From the NCBI GenBank assembly GCA_040954595.2, contig CM082588.2, positions 2,702,144 through 2,766,143 of the forward strand: a DNA stretch of 64,000 nt. The letters are read 5' to 3'. Every line of letters starts with the position of its first letter. Position 1 is the stretch's first letter. Positions 1 to 14,347 of this stretch are shown piece after piece. The notes beneath the pieces were generated by a model. It was not told the DNA's origin. It ran no database searches and saw only the letters and a list, made by a program, of their open reading frames with translations. The translations under genes and the position numbers were made by a program. The stretch is from Balanoglossus misakiensis (taxonomy: Eukaryota > Animalia > Hemichordata).

Positions 1-1132
1 AATAACACTTTGTTTTTACATGTTGAATGGCCATTCTGCAAATGTGTTTGCTAGATGATGAAATGCATGAATAAAATAAATAGAAAACAAGTAAATATGT
101 AAGCATAATAATAAAAGCTACTATACAAAAATAAATACATTTCTGGCATAATGATAATTCATTAATAAAATCAAAACTAATTTTAAAAGTGTCATGATGT
201 TATAACAATACATGAACTGGACAAAAATTGAACTTTATTGAAAAGGAAATATCTGCTCAATATTTTCCAGTGACTCATTGATTAATTTATCATTACATTA
301 CATGAAAGTTTTTGTTTACAAACATTCTTAAATTCATTAAAGTACACAATTACAAAAATGTTTACAATTATTATTCATTGTATTTGTAAAATATACACAT
401 TGCACTTTACAACATAACCACAGACTTTATACATTGTTCTTTTTTATAAAGGACAAATGACAACTTTTCAAATTGACAATTTTTAGAAATTCACTCATGC
501 ATGTGCCCAGATTCAGAAAGCATCTGAAGTACACTGTATGTTCAACATGCCTGTCAAACTAAGACATATCCTGTTGTTGCATACAGTATCTCAATAACAT
601 ACAACTTTACAGAATTCTGTCGAAAACCAACCACAGCACAATAAAACATCAGACATGATTAATAACATCTCATAACTTGAAGACAACAAGCATATGTATG
701 TACAAATAAACCTCATCGATATAAGTACATGCATTCTGTCTTTAATCTACATTTCACATCTTCACAATTATAACATTTTCCAACACCAATTAGAGAACAG
801 ATCAATATCTACCAGTATTCTGATATACAATCATTGAAAAGTGTACTCTTTGTTGTCCCAGCAAAGAAAGTTTCTCAGATACATTCGCTTGCCAAAAATA
901 TTGATCTTGTAGATCAAATTGCCCCTCACCATTTTGAAGCACAGATCAAAATGAGAAACATGTTTCTACAATTGTCTCCCTACGGGATGGCAACAAAAAC
1001 AATGTTTATTGACTTCCAACATGATTAATACTGTCATGAACTTAACTAAGTCACATGGTCAGGTTTAATGTATGCTTTGAACAAATCCTTTTCCGGCCGA
1101 ACACAAATCAGGAATTGTCCGAACACGTATGA

Positions 1133-4100
1133 CTATAGACTACCATAGTAGGTGACCTGTGAAGCGATGGACACTGGACGAGACTTTCTCTTATCCAGTG
1201 TACTCATGCTGTAGTAGGCGTATCTTGGAGCAAACTCCATCTGTCCGTGGGTGTACTCATCATCATCTTTATCCCGAATGTTCGTCTTCCCAGAAAACAG
1301 AACTTCGTATGACGGAGGAGGCACTAGAAGTGGAGGAAAAATGCATGAAATTGTAAAACTAACCTTCAGAATAATTGTTTGCTCCATCTCGGATTTTAAT
1401 ACAGAGTTTACATGCATTCACAGTAGAGCAGGCATTCCAGACAACCGTATACTCACAATTGACACTCGGGGTATCCACAGTTGAAGGGGCTGGTGATCTG
1501 ACGGGAATGTTCCCGATAATGATGGGCAGTTTTAGCGAAAGATGGAATACGGTGCCAACAACTACAGCCTCAACCTGGAATGACAGACAATAAGGTGAAA
1601 AATGCTGAGTTGCTATGTACTTTCGCTTAAAACTGCAAAATAAGCTTTAAATTACACCGACGATACTCTGCACTGTAATGTTTTGGACAAACTGGTCGAT
1701 ACGACTGTAATTTGATTAATGCAGGTCTATTGATCACTTTCTGTGCATAGAATAACAATCCCATCCCTGATTGGTTTAATTGAAATAGACACAATTAATA
1801 AATCCGTTGCCTATATCCATCAGGAAGATAACAAAGGAATTTTATTTAGAAATCATGGATGATACCCAGGGAGATAATATCGCCCACTCTTATTTTACTT
1901 GATCAGAGATGCATGCAGTTGACACGTTTTACTGATATCTGACAAGAGAATATATGTGAGATGTTGCTTGCTCGTTGAGATTGAAATTCACAAAATGTTA
2001 CCAGCAAGCATTATGAAACCAAGGCATGTTTCCTATGGCATGTAAGCTTTAATATTTATTGGACCCACTGGGTAAGCTAACAGTTCGAAAAGCTAACGGA
2101 ATAGATTCAAGCTCCTCTACTTGTGTGCAACTCTACTGATGGCCAATCAGAATGCACAACTCGTTCAGTGATACAATACACAGCCAATCATAATGCATCA
2201 TTCTGTGTAATCTATCCATGTACCATGATTGATGATTGGTCATTTACTCTTAATGATCCTGCTGATGTATAAACCATAAGGCATGTTCGGAATGCAGGCT
2301 ATTTACATATTTTGCCTTTCTTCAGATATACACGGTTGTAACTAGTAACTGAAGTCTTCCACAAATGTTCAACAATTACCTATAAATGATTATTAATAAT
2401 AATCCAGGTGATGTCAAAATGAAAGTTCGTCTCTCTATAACGACAAAATAAAAACTCACTTCAACGTAATATTTGATATCAATGAACGGACATCCAGCTA
2501 GGCCTGTTGATGGCACAGGAGGAATGAGCAGCAGTTGTTTGCTCCAGTTCATGGTGTCGTGTGGTTCACAACAGCCATGTCGGATCTCTGTCACTGTGAT
2601 CTGTTTGGTGATTGTCTTGGCGTTACCCTCGGCGACGGTGTAGCCCGTGAAGGATACTTCCTGTAATGTTTCAAAAACCAGAACGAGAATATGAAGCTTT
2701 GAACTTAAATGAGGAAAGTGTATGTATGTCAATTTTTCTTTTGTATCTTCCCTACATAGATGGGAAAGAAGTGAAATTTTACCTGGATGAGAGCAGACTT
2801 GGTTTTGATTTCTCTCTCAGTGACATTTTCAATGCTGAGCGTGACAGGTATGCTTTCTCCCGGAATAAAGCCTTTCTTGTCAGTGCAAGCATCCAATGAG
2901 ATCGGTCCGGTTGAACAGCAGAAGCAACAGATGGTCTTATCATCATGACCATGAACAGGATTCTGTGAAAGTATTAAACGGATGATGTGAATACATGGAA
3001 AGAAGGCAGGATACATGTAGTTAAATCTCCCACAAAGGCCCTCCCTTCAAGCCATTCCTTGAGAGTAGAAGGACTGAAAAATCTGTTGCATTTCAATTAG
3101 CAATGCTAGTCAAATTCAGTGTAAGTCCACCATGGTCACAATGAATGTACACCAGTGTAAATTAATGTGAAGCCAGATTGAACCTCTCAACATTCACATA
3201 ACAAGCAGAAGAAAGGTCGAGAAACATGTAAGAACAGGTAGTGATACTTGAACGTACATGTATATCTGGAAGATCATTCAGATCATGCGGGATTCCGGAA
3301 ATCGTGAAGGCTCGCTTTGTTGCCGGGTCAAACTTCCAGGGAATCTCAATGTACGCCTTCATGTAGTAACGGATGTATCCGTAAGGGTGGCCCTCGAACG
3401 AGCACGGAAGGCCCTCGGATGGCAGTTGGAACTTGAATGGAAAAGAGTGCTGTCCGGCTTCTAATTCCGGATCCTCTCCCTCTGAGTTTCCACGTTCTGC
3501 GGTGAAAATTTAAATACATTTAAAATGTAAACCATGCCAGTGGCACAAACATTTCAGCTTATGCAGGCCTTAACTATGATTACTATGATTGACAGACACA
3601 ATTTTCAGGATTTGGAGGAAATTTAATGTTTTACAGGACAAAGGTCATTTCAGGAAAACGTCCACTCCGGGCGATTGTTTGTAGCAAAATTAATCAAGAA
3701 TAATGGAACATTTTTATTACTCTTATGAGAAATTGACGGGTTATATTTTATGTGCCATAGTGAGTAAAATACACCCTGAGTGAATTTAAGTCACAAGTAC
3801 ACACCATATCTTTACGTTAATACATTATTAAAATTAATGAAATGTGACTGCAAATCTTCAAGGATATACATATGGTGATATTGTACAGATGGGACTTATG
3901 CCTGTAGCAACCAGGCAGTCTGCCTGTAGCAACCAAAGCTAAATAATTCTGCCAGTATTAATACTGAGGCAGCTCATGCTTTGAACTGAAAAGACACTAT
4001 ATCCATGGCAACCCAAAACATGATTATGTGCGCCCACAGCCACTTTCAGAGGAAGTCTATCAAATTGTCTGACCTTTGCCCCAGAGTGTGCTCTTCTCTT

Positions 4101-7100
4101 CAAAGTAGACCGTCTCTGATCTGTACTTCTTTTCTTCACTTTTACCTTCATCCCATTCAATACGGCCTTTGCCAACATAGTGGACTCTGATCCCTGAAAA
4201 AATCAACACACAACATGATGAATACTACGAAAAGGTGGCATGGTGTATGTACAAGTACAATCTGAGCATGGCAATCTTAGAATGACAACAGAAATTGACA
4301 AGTTGGGAATTCACACCAATGTCACCAATAATTTTGCAAAGGAGAGAACAAATTTAAAGTTTGGGAAGGTTTGCTTTGTGTTGGAAATTTATAACCATCA
4401 CAGGTGAAAATGTTCTATGTCTACTGCAGCTAAACCTAGGACACCGACAAAACAAGACATACAACACCAACTTTCTCTTGGAGATTTACACCAATGCAAT
4501 CACCGATGATTCACCGCAAATCACTTCCATCATACTGGCACTTATTATTCATTTTCTACAGACTGTAACCCCACTTTGTCCTTTATAATGGTTAGGTCAG
4601 TCAGCAATAATAGCTATGTTGTGATGTCTAAATTAGAATGTGCGATTAATATCAGCGCTTGGGAGCACTTGAAGACGAACCCAATTTTCTGAAGTGAAAA
4701 TGTCAATTTTTAAAATATGACTTTTGTGGATTTGTGTTTTGGGTTCATTTTAATGTATTGAGTTAATGAAAAATTAAAAGTGTATCTTCAAGTCTCTCAC
4801 AGAGCCAGAATGTTCTCTCTGACACAACTAAAATAAAATTCTCTGCCTTCTATATCCACACATCAAAGTCCCCTCTGAACTACACAAATACCCTCTTTGT
4901 AGGTCAATTCTGCTTTTTACACTAACTCACTCATCTGGGAATGGTTAAAGTCTGCTTAAAAAGCAATTTGCTTTGCTTCAGTAATTTTGTCGATGTAATG
5001 AATGTGCATGTACATGAAATGCCTTTTTGCTCTTGCACTTTGCGTGTGACCCTGAAGATAAAGGCCTTAAAAAGTTAGGCGGTTCAGAGATAATGTCCGT
5101 TGGACGACAGTTCAGGAAAAAAGTGATATGGATTAACACTGTGTGGGATTTGTTTCCTTGACAACTGACAAACAGCCAGAAATTCTCAGCAACTTTTCAT
5201 TTTTGTTGATATTAATGTAAGTTCCAATACATACAGTGACCTACCTAGACGCCACATACGCAGAAAATGGGATCCCCACTCACTGGCCGTTATCCAGAGC
5301 ATAAAAAATATTATGTTTGGTGATGATTTTGTGATGTATATCATAAATTCAGCCATTAAAATTTATTTTCAGGAAATAGAGGTAGCCAGGCACCATCATA
5401 AAATCTGAAATTACTGTCACTGAATAGGCGACGTACTCCCAACAGAAGTCATGAAGTTTTAATGTTCCACCTTTAGCTCATGATGCGCGAACCAGCATCC
5501 GAGGATATGTAAATGAGATGCAAATAAGGTGCATATTACAGTAGTACACACACAATTTCCTCATCAGCTTGGTTCATTTTGTCACAGTTTCCTGGCTTTT
5601 AAATTTACGAAGAGGTTTCAGGCAATACCTTATTTCTACTTTCAAAGCCATTATTTTGAGTTACGATCACATAATGGCACAATATTGATTTTATTTTCAA
5701 CGGTGGTTCAAAACAAGGAAAGAGTAACAGGATTGCTTAAATAGTGCAATTATCTTAAGTTCTCACCAACAGGACGCCATGCAGAAAATTAATTTCCTTT
5801 TTTCCCCTCAGTATAAGTCTCCTCGAAAAACCGCCATCAGGTACTTATCAAAATAGAGAGGAAAATTTAATGGAGTGAGATAAAAACTGTAATCAGCATT
5901 CACAATTTTTTGAACATTGAAATTTAAATGAGGCATGGTTGTCGGTATGCTTTGAAGCGAGATTACTGTATAAATGAATGAACACCTATGGCTCATAAAA
6001 TTTTGAGCTCTAGAAAAATGATGTTTCAAATTCTGACTCTTTTATCGGTGGTACAGTCTTGCCGCACCATATTGATTACAGCAGTGTTGTTGGTTTGGCG
6101 TGAGGCCTTTGGGTGTAGCTAGTGATTGGATTGGTTGATATTACCGTACTTCATATTTTCTGACATTATTCCACCAGTTTTTAGAACATATATGAAGTCC
6201 TCTTACTTTATAATTCACATTCCCTGTAAGAATTAACAGACTGGTCAATTCCCACGTGGGACTGGAATTATTTGCATTGGAAAATTGGTCAAATTTCTAA
6301 CAAAGAATAAAGGTTACGTCAGTACAAATTTTTGGTTGAGTTTTCCCCAGAGCAATATTGCATGCTTACTCCCAATAGTGTTGAAGTTTTTAGAGCAAAT
6401 ATTTGCCCTGGTTTACGGCCACATTCGGCTTTGACAATCTGCATTTCTCCACACTGGAGGCAAAATATTGAAGCTTTATTTACCGGTATTAAACTGAAAT
6501 ATTTTCAGGGCATGTTTCACTTGGAGTTGATAGTTTCAGAAAGGCAGTATTTTCTGGCCAAACAATAAACGATCAACTGTATGAGTGGAAGAAACAAAAT
6601 TGACCTAAATCAGTGAAAGAATGCACTTATTAGAATTACATAAACCATTCAGTCATGTACTGCTGAATACTGGCCTTTTGAGAGGCAAATTAACCTCTGA
6701 ATTGCACACAGCGCTGCAATTTCCTTGTTGGTCAAATTAAATTCGTGGAGCTCAAGATCCCTTTCACCATGTTTCCCTGATTTTCTTTAAGAGAATAATT
6801 GCATATTTCCCCTTTGATAATTCCAGAATATACAGCGTACTGACACCACACTGTGGAATAATTTAATAGCATAATTTTTCCCAACTCTCGGACATAGGTG
6901 CACCTAGTGTTTATCGTACAATTGTGCACTATGTAGAAAATTCGGAAAGCACACAATCTTAATTTTGCAAAAGTTATGTAAATTGTTCATTGCCATGGCA
7001 ATCTGTGTCATATGCAAAGTCAATATTGAAGTCGACACCGATTGAGGTATATATATACATGTATAGCTGAGGAATCATTAACATGATGACGGTAGTCCTA

Positions 7101-10100
7101 ATTCACCACTTGGAATGCACACTGTCTAGAGCTATTCGATAACTACAACATTCACAGTGCAAGACACAGCGAATAATGTTGTCATCTATCTTTATCAGTT
7201 CGTGACACTTCAGATGGGGTCAGGGCCCCTGATAAATGTAGAAATTAATGCAACAAGCAGAGGTTGACAGCTAGCTCTCATGAAATATAACCCGCAAAAA
7301 CCTGTAGAAAATATTTATTAGTATAAAAAATCTCTCCTGTGTAATTGTAGTGTACGTGGTATGGTATGGAGTCGTGTGGTCAGTGACGTGGTATAGTGTT
7401 TTAGTACTATCTGGGATAACTCAGTTCCTTGAAAGTTCAACTCACTGAATTAACTGCAAGGTGCATGCAGGCCTGGGAGATATCATGGCAACCGATACAA
7501 GCTAGATGCTACGTACGGAAAGCCCATATTAGAGTGGGATTTCTTTCCTATTAGTTTCAAAGTAAGACGGATGTGGTTGGGATAATGGGTATTTGATGCA
7601 GCCTGGGCTCTGTCAAGTATGCAAACAAGAAGCACAATCATTCAGCCTCCATCGTGTTACCATGGCAATCCTCCACTGCTGTACCTGTTTTTCGTGTCAA
7701 ACATATACCACATCATGACATGAAAATTAGGCACTCATGTAAAAATATGTGTATTAAAATTTTGAAAGGGCAGAGACCATCTGCAGCAGATATTGCATTC
7801 ATGCAATTATTTTCAGTATGGATCTGAAATGCACGGTAGTTATAGAGGCAAAGAATCAGACTGACTGACTACATCTGTTTTCATTATCGACCGTATCTCA
7901 ATTCAGCATAGGGACGACTTTTTCAGGGACCGACAGTTCCACACTCAGGGATTAAATCATACTGTCTTTTATGTATTTTTTATTTTCCTTTTTCTTTCTC
8001 TCTTGCGAATCAACCGACCCACCTTACTGAGAAATTTGCAATGAGAAACATCTTAAGTAGACCTGATGTAGTCAACAGCTAATTTTGTGGGGAATTAAGA
8101 CTAAATTGCCTACGTTCTTCAAAATGCATATAGCATTACACCAAGTGAAATGAATGAATCTATAGCACACAGCACTGAAACCTTCTTACAACAATTTCAA
8201 GACAGCCAATTTCTCTCTCTCTCCAGTGACTCGACTCTCAGCTTTGTCAAACCGATTTTCCAAAGCTGCTCTGAAATGCTTATCTACTTCGCCGAGGCTA
8301 TGACTCAAACACAACTGCAGAGAAAAAAAAATCCCAGGTAGCGATATTACTTTCTCTGTGGGCAAAGTGTTAATGCAGAATGTGACCTCTGGGTGACCCG
8401 ACGATTTCCGCCTCAGAACAGTAAAATTTCATTCACTCAAGTGTACGAAATAAATTTTTGTGGTTTCCCGGAGTTTGCCCAGTAACGTGAATGAATAATG
8501 AAGTGTATAGAAAAAAATGTGAGCTGCCATAATAAATAATTTGAAAAACTTGAAACTTGATATATTAGATAATATTAGATCATATTTTCTGCAGTCCTGT
8601 TTAATACCATGATCAATCATACATTACTTGAGAAATTTTCTCAAGACAGACTTCGATATGTACCATATGGCCTGTGATCATTCAACTGCACTATGTACCA
8701 CAATTTTTCATAGACACAGGTGACGTTTCTGCATACACAGTTCACTCACTGGATATATACCTATACAGGTATGTGCTCTTTTTACAGTTACGTACGTTAC
8801 CTTTAGATTTTCAAATAAGAACATCACTAAAGCAGACAGACAGTAAAGTCAATTGCCATTATTTTTCATACTTCTTTCATTTGTGATCCATCTTTTTACT
8901 CAGGTCTACAAGTATAAAATATGTTTGCACTTGTAAGCATTAATATTACGACAAAAGCGCATTGAAAACTACTTGTCAGTAACTGGATATCCTTGAAGAA
9001 CATGATATCGGCTTTAGAGTACCTGGTTTAAGAGTACCGGAGGATTTCAAACTGTCGTCAACAAACAAAACTCTCTGCACAGTAAGATTTAATGTTCAAA
9101 TACGAGAAAGTGCAAACACTAGGATATATTTAAACAGATGTGCTAGACATGCTGATATTCATGCGAACTTTGGCAAAAAATCCATTTGTGTTGACGAAGC
9201 ATCACCTGTCTATGCAGTTCATTCGCTCGAGTCATCAATGCACCTTCCACTGTATCTGCATCTACATGTATGAAGCAGGCATTCTGGCTGTGCTGTTATA
9301 ACATACAATGCAACATGTTTTGCCAGACACGACAATTTAGCACAAGTTTTCAAATCAAACATGATAAACTATCGGAAAACGAAATAAATTTCCAGCAAAT
9401 GTTTCCTTTGCTCGACAGCCCATTAGTGGTACAAAACTCAAAGCATCATTTGGTGTTCTCAATCCCACACTCAACATCATTACCATGGTTACCCATGAGA
9501 CGGACCCATTCCAAACACTTTTATTTCACTACGCAAACAGTGAACATGTCCATTTGAAAGCAAAGGACCCTGACACGTGTGAAATCTATCACTCTTGAAG
9601 TTTATTCGCACACACGCCCTGCAGTAATAACAATCACCCTTGATACTATATGGCCCTGACTCATAAAACTGTCACATTTCTGTGTTTACTTCACTGCCTG
9701 TAAAATGCAGTTGAAAATGTCCGTATTTTTGCATGCACAAAGAAATTCATTACCAAATTATTTTGATATTTTAGATTATTATTTCATTATTGATGACATT
9801 TTCATATTCATTTCAATTTCAAAGGAGAGGATCAAAATATACAGGAATATACAGTCATAAAAGTGAAATGATACATTTTTTTTAATCAAGGATTTTTTTA
9901 GCAAATTACATTGTTTTTTTGAATCTGGGTAATTATTTCACTTATTAGTATGAGGTGTATCTCAGGAAACATATCACCATCTGTTCTTTGTTATTCGTTA
10001 TCAATGGATGGTGTTGTGACTCTGGTGACTATATGTCTGATGGATACTTAAGTCCTCTCTGACTGATGATGGTGTGTGCTGACTGGAATGCTGATGAAGT

Positions 10101-12487
10101 ACGTACCGCATGGTACATGTAACAAGCGTAGCGCAGTAGAGCTATAGACCACTTCGCGGATAGAATAACGCAGGGGATTGTGGGACAGTTTGCGTTCTGA
10201 GTGTGTGCGTTAGCCATGTACTAGACGCTATGTTGAACGCAAATTATACCATCATGCATTGCAGATACCCTATCCACGAAGTGGTCTATGGCAGACATGC
10301 ACTCACCCCAACATTGAAAGTTTTATTTCCCAAGCACACTGTAATGCGCGGCCCAAATCTCAATCATTTTCACAGCATATCTAAATTGAATAAAATCTCA
10401 CCGTACCCGACTGGAAAAATCAATCAAAACATGGTTAGGAAAGGCTCTCCGTCAAAACACACAATATCTAATTTTAGACAGGGAATCAGATCAACTCCGT
10501 AATGGATGCCGGGACATATTGCACTGACTTGAATTGGGAATTATGGATTGGCTGTGGCTCAGGAAAAGTCGGTGAGATGAAACGACCGCAAGAATTATCA
10601 GAAGATTGCCTATATGATATAACAGAGCTCAGGTAGGTTGTATTACAGACAGGAGACTTTCAATCTCTCTGACTGAAAATCCTGCACCCTGAACTTAAAA
10701 TAGCAAAGCTGATGGTATGACACTGGAAATACTTATTACAAATTAGTTTCCATATAATGTATTCAGCAAGATTTTATGATCGATATCAGTGAAACCACAC
10801 TAGGACTACCGCACTACCGTACAAGCAGGAAATTGGTGTCTGGGTTATTCAAGGTCTCATTAATACCGCTTTAGGCAATTCATGATTTCATTTGTTTTGG
10901 ACAACATGTTCGTCTGTCAAATATTTGCAATTTGTACTGATACAGAGATGCGTATCAGAATAATTACACTATGGAAAATGCAGTCACTTCATCTAGGATA
11001 TATCTCCCTTATTCTAAGATTCCCACAAAATCATTAAAAGCATCAAATTTTTCATTGCAAGACAATGTGATAGCATATGATGGGAAATTTCTTAATAATA
11101 TACAGCTTGGTTTCTTTCCCTCAAGGCTATGAATTTAAATAAGGACTGTGATCCTTGTTAACTGTTTGTCTTGGGAATACTGGGCTGGAAAGTTATTCTT
11201 ATATAGCCTATGATTGACACATTCCATTTGGATTAGTTTCATAATATAGAGGTTGATAAGTTCTAGTCTTTCCCTCCTCCCCCCCCCCCTCTCCCCCCCC
11301 CCCCCCCCCCCCCCCTCTCTTTCTCTCTCTCTCTCTCTCTCAACAAATTGTTGTAGCTCATAAAAAATATATATACTGGTCACCTTGACTGGTCTTATTA
11401 TTTAAACAAAACGTAATTTGCAAACAAGAATACGAAATGTCATCAGAATGTTTCGATCTCCATTCACAGCTTCTGTTTACTATGATTAATCCAGTCTGTG
11501 TATATGGAGACTGAAGCACGTATCGGAGTTTAATCAAACAACATCGAAAGCAATTAGATTATTTGCCGGGACAAATGAGTCATCTGCATGTTTCTCCATC
11601 GCAATAATTGTGCATTTTCCTGGAAGAGTGATCACTGCATACGAAGCGACGGGGATGACATTGCAGGATGTTTTAGAGAAACACAAGCCATCCCCTTCTC
11701 CTTTCAAAATAAAACTCGTTCAGCTCGGTGAATCTTGATGTGAACATGTCTTAAAACGTCAGTTGGTAATTTTCCCAAACTGTACCATTGGCAGTATAGT
11801 GTCTATGACTGAATTGCACAAATTTAAAAAGTCAGTCGTATGGAAAATAGGATTTTATTCGACACGTAAGAATGTGGCAATTTTAGGTACAAATTAGGTT
11901 ACCACACTAATACCTGGCGAGAGATAGGAGGATACCTCATTTACTCTGCCAGGTCTCGAGAACCATGAATACAATTTGCTCTGAGGGCAGAATTCTCTGC
12001 ACGCAAGGAAGTGTTATCAAAGCCAGTACACGCTGAGTACAATCGATAAGCCAAAATATTGGATTTCTAAAAGACTTTCTTTTGATTTGTAAAATGATTT
12101 GCCAACACAAAGCAAAGCCCTTTCATCGAACCCAACTCCTTCACAATCCACTTGAGTATTTGGAGTTGACCATTAATACGAGGGGAGACCAGTCAACACT
12201 ATATGAGTACGCTGATACAACGGGTGAACTGATAATCGCATCTTCCGCAGAATTTCAATCAATGGTGATAAAACAGAATGAGTAACTGCTCAGGCGGAAA
12301 CGAGAGTAGTCACTACTTCCATGCAATTCGACTTATAATACGAAAAGATTAAAGCGCAATCCTACTCACCCCTGCAGAGTAATGGATCGTTCAGTTCAAT
12401 CTTGACTTGGCCAGCGACAACATCACCAGCGTTGTACACCTCCCGATTGTTCTCAAATTCGATATAGAATTTCTTTAGCTTCCCCAT
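1133..12487 (-). CDS. Alpha-arrestin / arrestin domain-containing protein (ARRDC2/3/4-TXNIP family), 7 coding exons, ~388 aa
   Basis: Exons 12487-12370, 4193-4074, 3496-3258, 2962-2783, 2660-2460, 1574-1457 and 1323-1133 join in frame through GT-AG introns. Family motifs: MGKLKKFYIEFENNREVYNAGDVVAGQV, HSFPFKFQLP-LPCSFEG-YGYIRYY, KTICCFCCSTGPISL, KKGFIPGESI, IPPVPST-IDIKYYV, LPIIIGNIP and the PY motif PPPSY. Exact vertebrate orthology is unclear. Confidence 0.93.
10144..10289. mobile_element. 146-bp MITE-like element with 20-bp terminal inverted repeats, in ARRDC intron 1
   Basis: ATAGACCACTTCGCGGATAG (10144-10163) and CTATCCACGAAGTGGTCTAT (10270-10289) are 19/20 reverse complements, and the interior is non-coding. 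Confidence 0.7.
11270..11341. repeat. Poly-C / (CT)n low-complexity tract
   Basis: C runs followed by CT dinucleotide repeats, directly visible. Confidence 0.9.
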
Positions 12488-14347
12488 CTTTTTGTGTTCA
12501 GCTCTGCAATTGACGTTCTCTCTCTCTTGCTCCAATTCTGTCATTCCTTGCTCAGCGGGAAACGACGATAAGAAAGAGTCATTTTCGCGCGGCGCGCACA
12601 AAGTAGATCAAGCGATGCGGCTTCCCTCCTCGGGCAGACAATCCTCTAAAAATGAGGAATTGACGAAAACACGGAGATGACGACGCCTTGCTGTCACCGA
12701 CAGAAAGCCCGACATAATCACCACCTTCTAAACTGCGAATCGGCCAAGGTCAACAGCTTCTGAGTAATGTATCTTTGATTCCGGCTGAGTCAGGTTCTCT
12801 CGTCACTTTTCTCTCTACTCCCCCGGCGCGCAACGCTAACAAGTCCTTGTTAAAAGTCCGCATACACACTGTTATTTTCTGCACGGCTGCTTGAAGATGT
12901 ACTCGTGTTCAGCGCATCGTTCACAGGTGAACGGGTCGATAAAATACCTCGCACAGAGCCAATAAAAAACACATGCAGAGGTTGCAGAACGAAACGAGCT
13001 GTTCAGTTCAAGTTTGCAGCACGATGAAAATCAAGTTCAGGTGATGGATATATCAAGCAAATCGCACAAAATTATCCAGTTTGTCGCTCCACATTTTCTT
13101 CCCTGCGGAAATCACTTTCCGGCTTCTCTGTACAGAAACCACTTAAACGGTTACTATACTGAAACTCCTGGCTGTATCCTTCAAAACAAAAACTCCAGCT
13201 TCCACCAGTCAAATCTTCCAGAACAGCAGATGTGATGCGGATCTGTACGCCTTGTGGCAACGCCTCAGCAACCACACGCAATGATGCAGTTCACTATACC
13301 CGGACTCTCATCTTCCCGGAATCGACGCAGCGTACATCAATTTGCATCAGCAACGCATTTGTCCATGTTTTCCCGGGCGATGCAGAGCACATACAAAGCA
13401 GTCAAGCAGAGTGGCGTGCGTAGTAAATCCAACCACCTGAATGACACGCTGCGGCAGTCAACCCCTTTTATTAAATTATAATTACAGTATCAGGAGCATT
13501 AATATTCAATGAGTCTGTAGTACGAAGAGCCATATAAGGAACAAGTAATATTTGCATATTCACGGCATGACACAAACTAGTACTTGAACCAGTGACACCT
13601 CTTTGTAATAAATTGACTATACTTATACAGCTAATGGATTTGACAGTAATTTCTTAAAAGTAAAGCTTATTTTTCTCATTATGTCTTTAAATTTAATACA
13701 AGTCTGCAATAACTATGAATGAAAATGAAATCATACCAACAGGAAATAGGTATTCAAGGAATATTTAACAAATGTAATAAAAGATAAAACATTCTTCAAA
13801 AATATATGTACTGGTAATTGAAATAGGATGTACAATGACAGATAAATTATGTTGTTAAATAATAGTAAGCAAATTGTGGTTTATTAAGGGGGATTTACAC
13901 AAGTAATACAGAAATGACTAAAATATATAAATTTCATATTCAATAATTCGTGTCAAGAGAGTCTGACAGGTTGATGCTCTGGGGTTAATGCAGAAAAAAT
14001 CTAATAATTCACATGAAAATGATTATGTGAAGGGACGATATGTCTGCAAGGATATTCCGAACAAAAAAATGCCGGGAACAATCCTTAGAAAATGCTCTTT
14101 TCATTCTCCAGTAATGATAATTGATATTGATTGAAAATCACAAAATAAACACACTATTGAGCACAAAAGAGGATGAATAAATTTGCATGTTATTATTTCA
14201 ACAAATACTATAACGGTATGTATGCCTGTAAAATCAGCCATTTGCGTCACTATACTCTCGTAAATGACACACTGACAGGACTATAAAAAGAGTACATGAA
14301 TGTAATCAATTTTTTGCGCATTCAGAATTGAATAAACTTCAACTTAC

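Noticed and set aside
3899-3935. Short direct repeat TGCCTGTAGCAACCA x2
   Set aside because: A trivial local intronic duplication with no further structure.
7130-7190. Minus-strand peptide TTLFAVSC as the missing TRMT2B catalytic exon
   Set aside because: It is flanked by in-frame stops, has no polypyrimidine tract and shows no further similarity; probably chance.
13014-13481. Cluster of short ORFs upstream of ARRDC
   Set aside because: No recognisable homology or consistent splice structure; more likely promoter or non-coding sequence.
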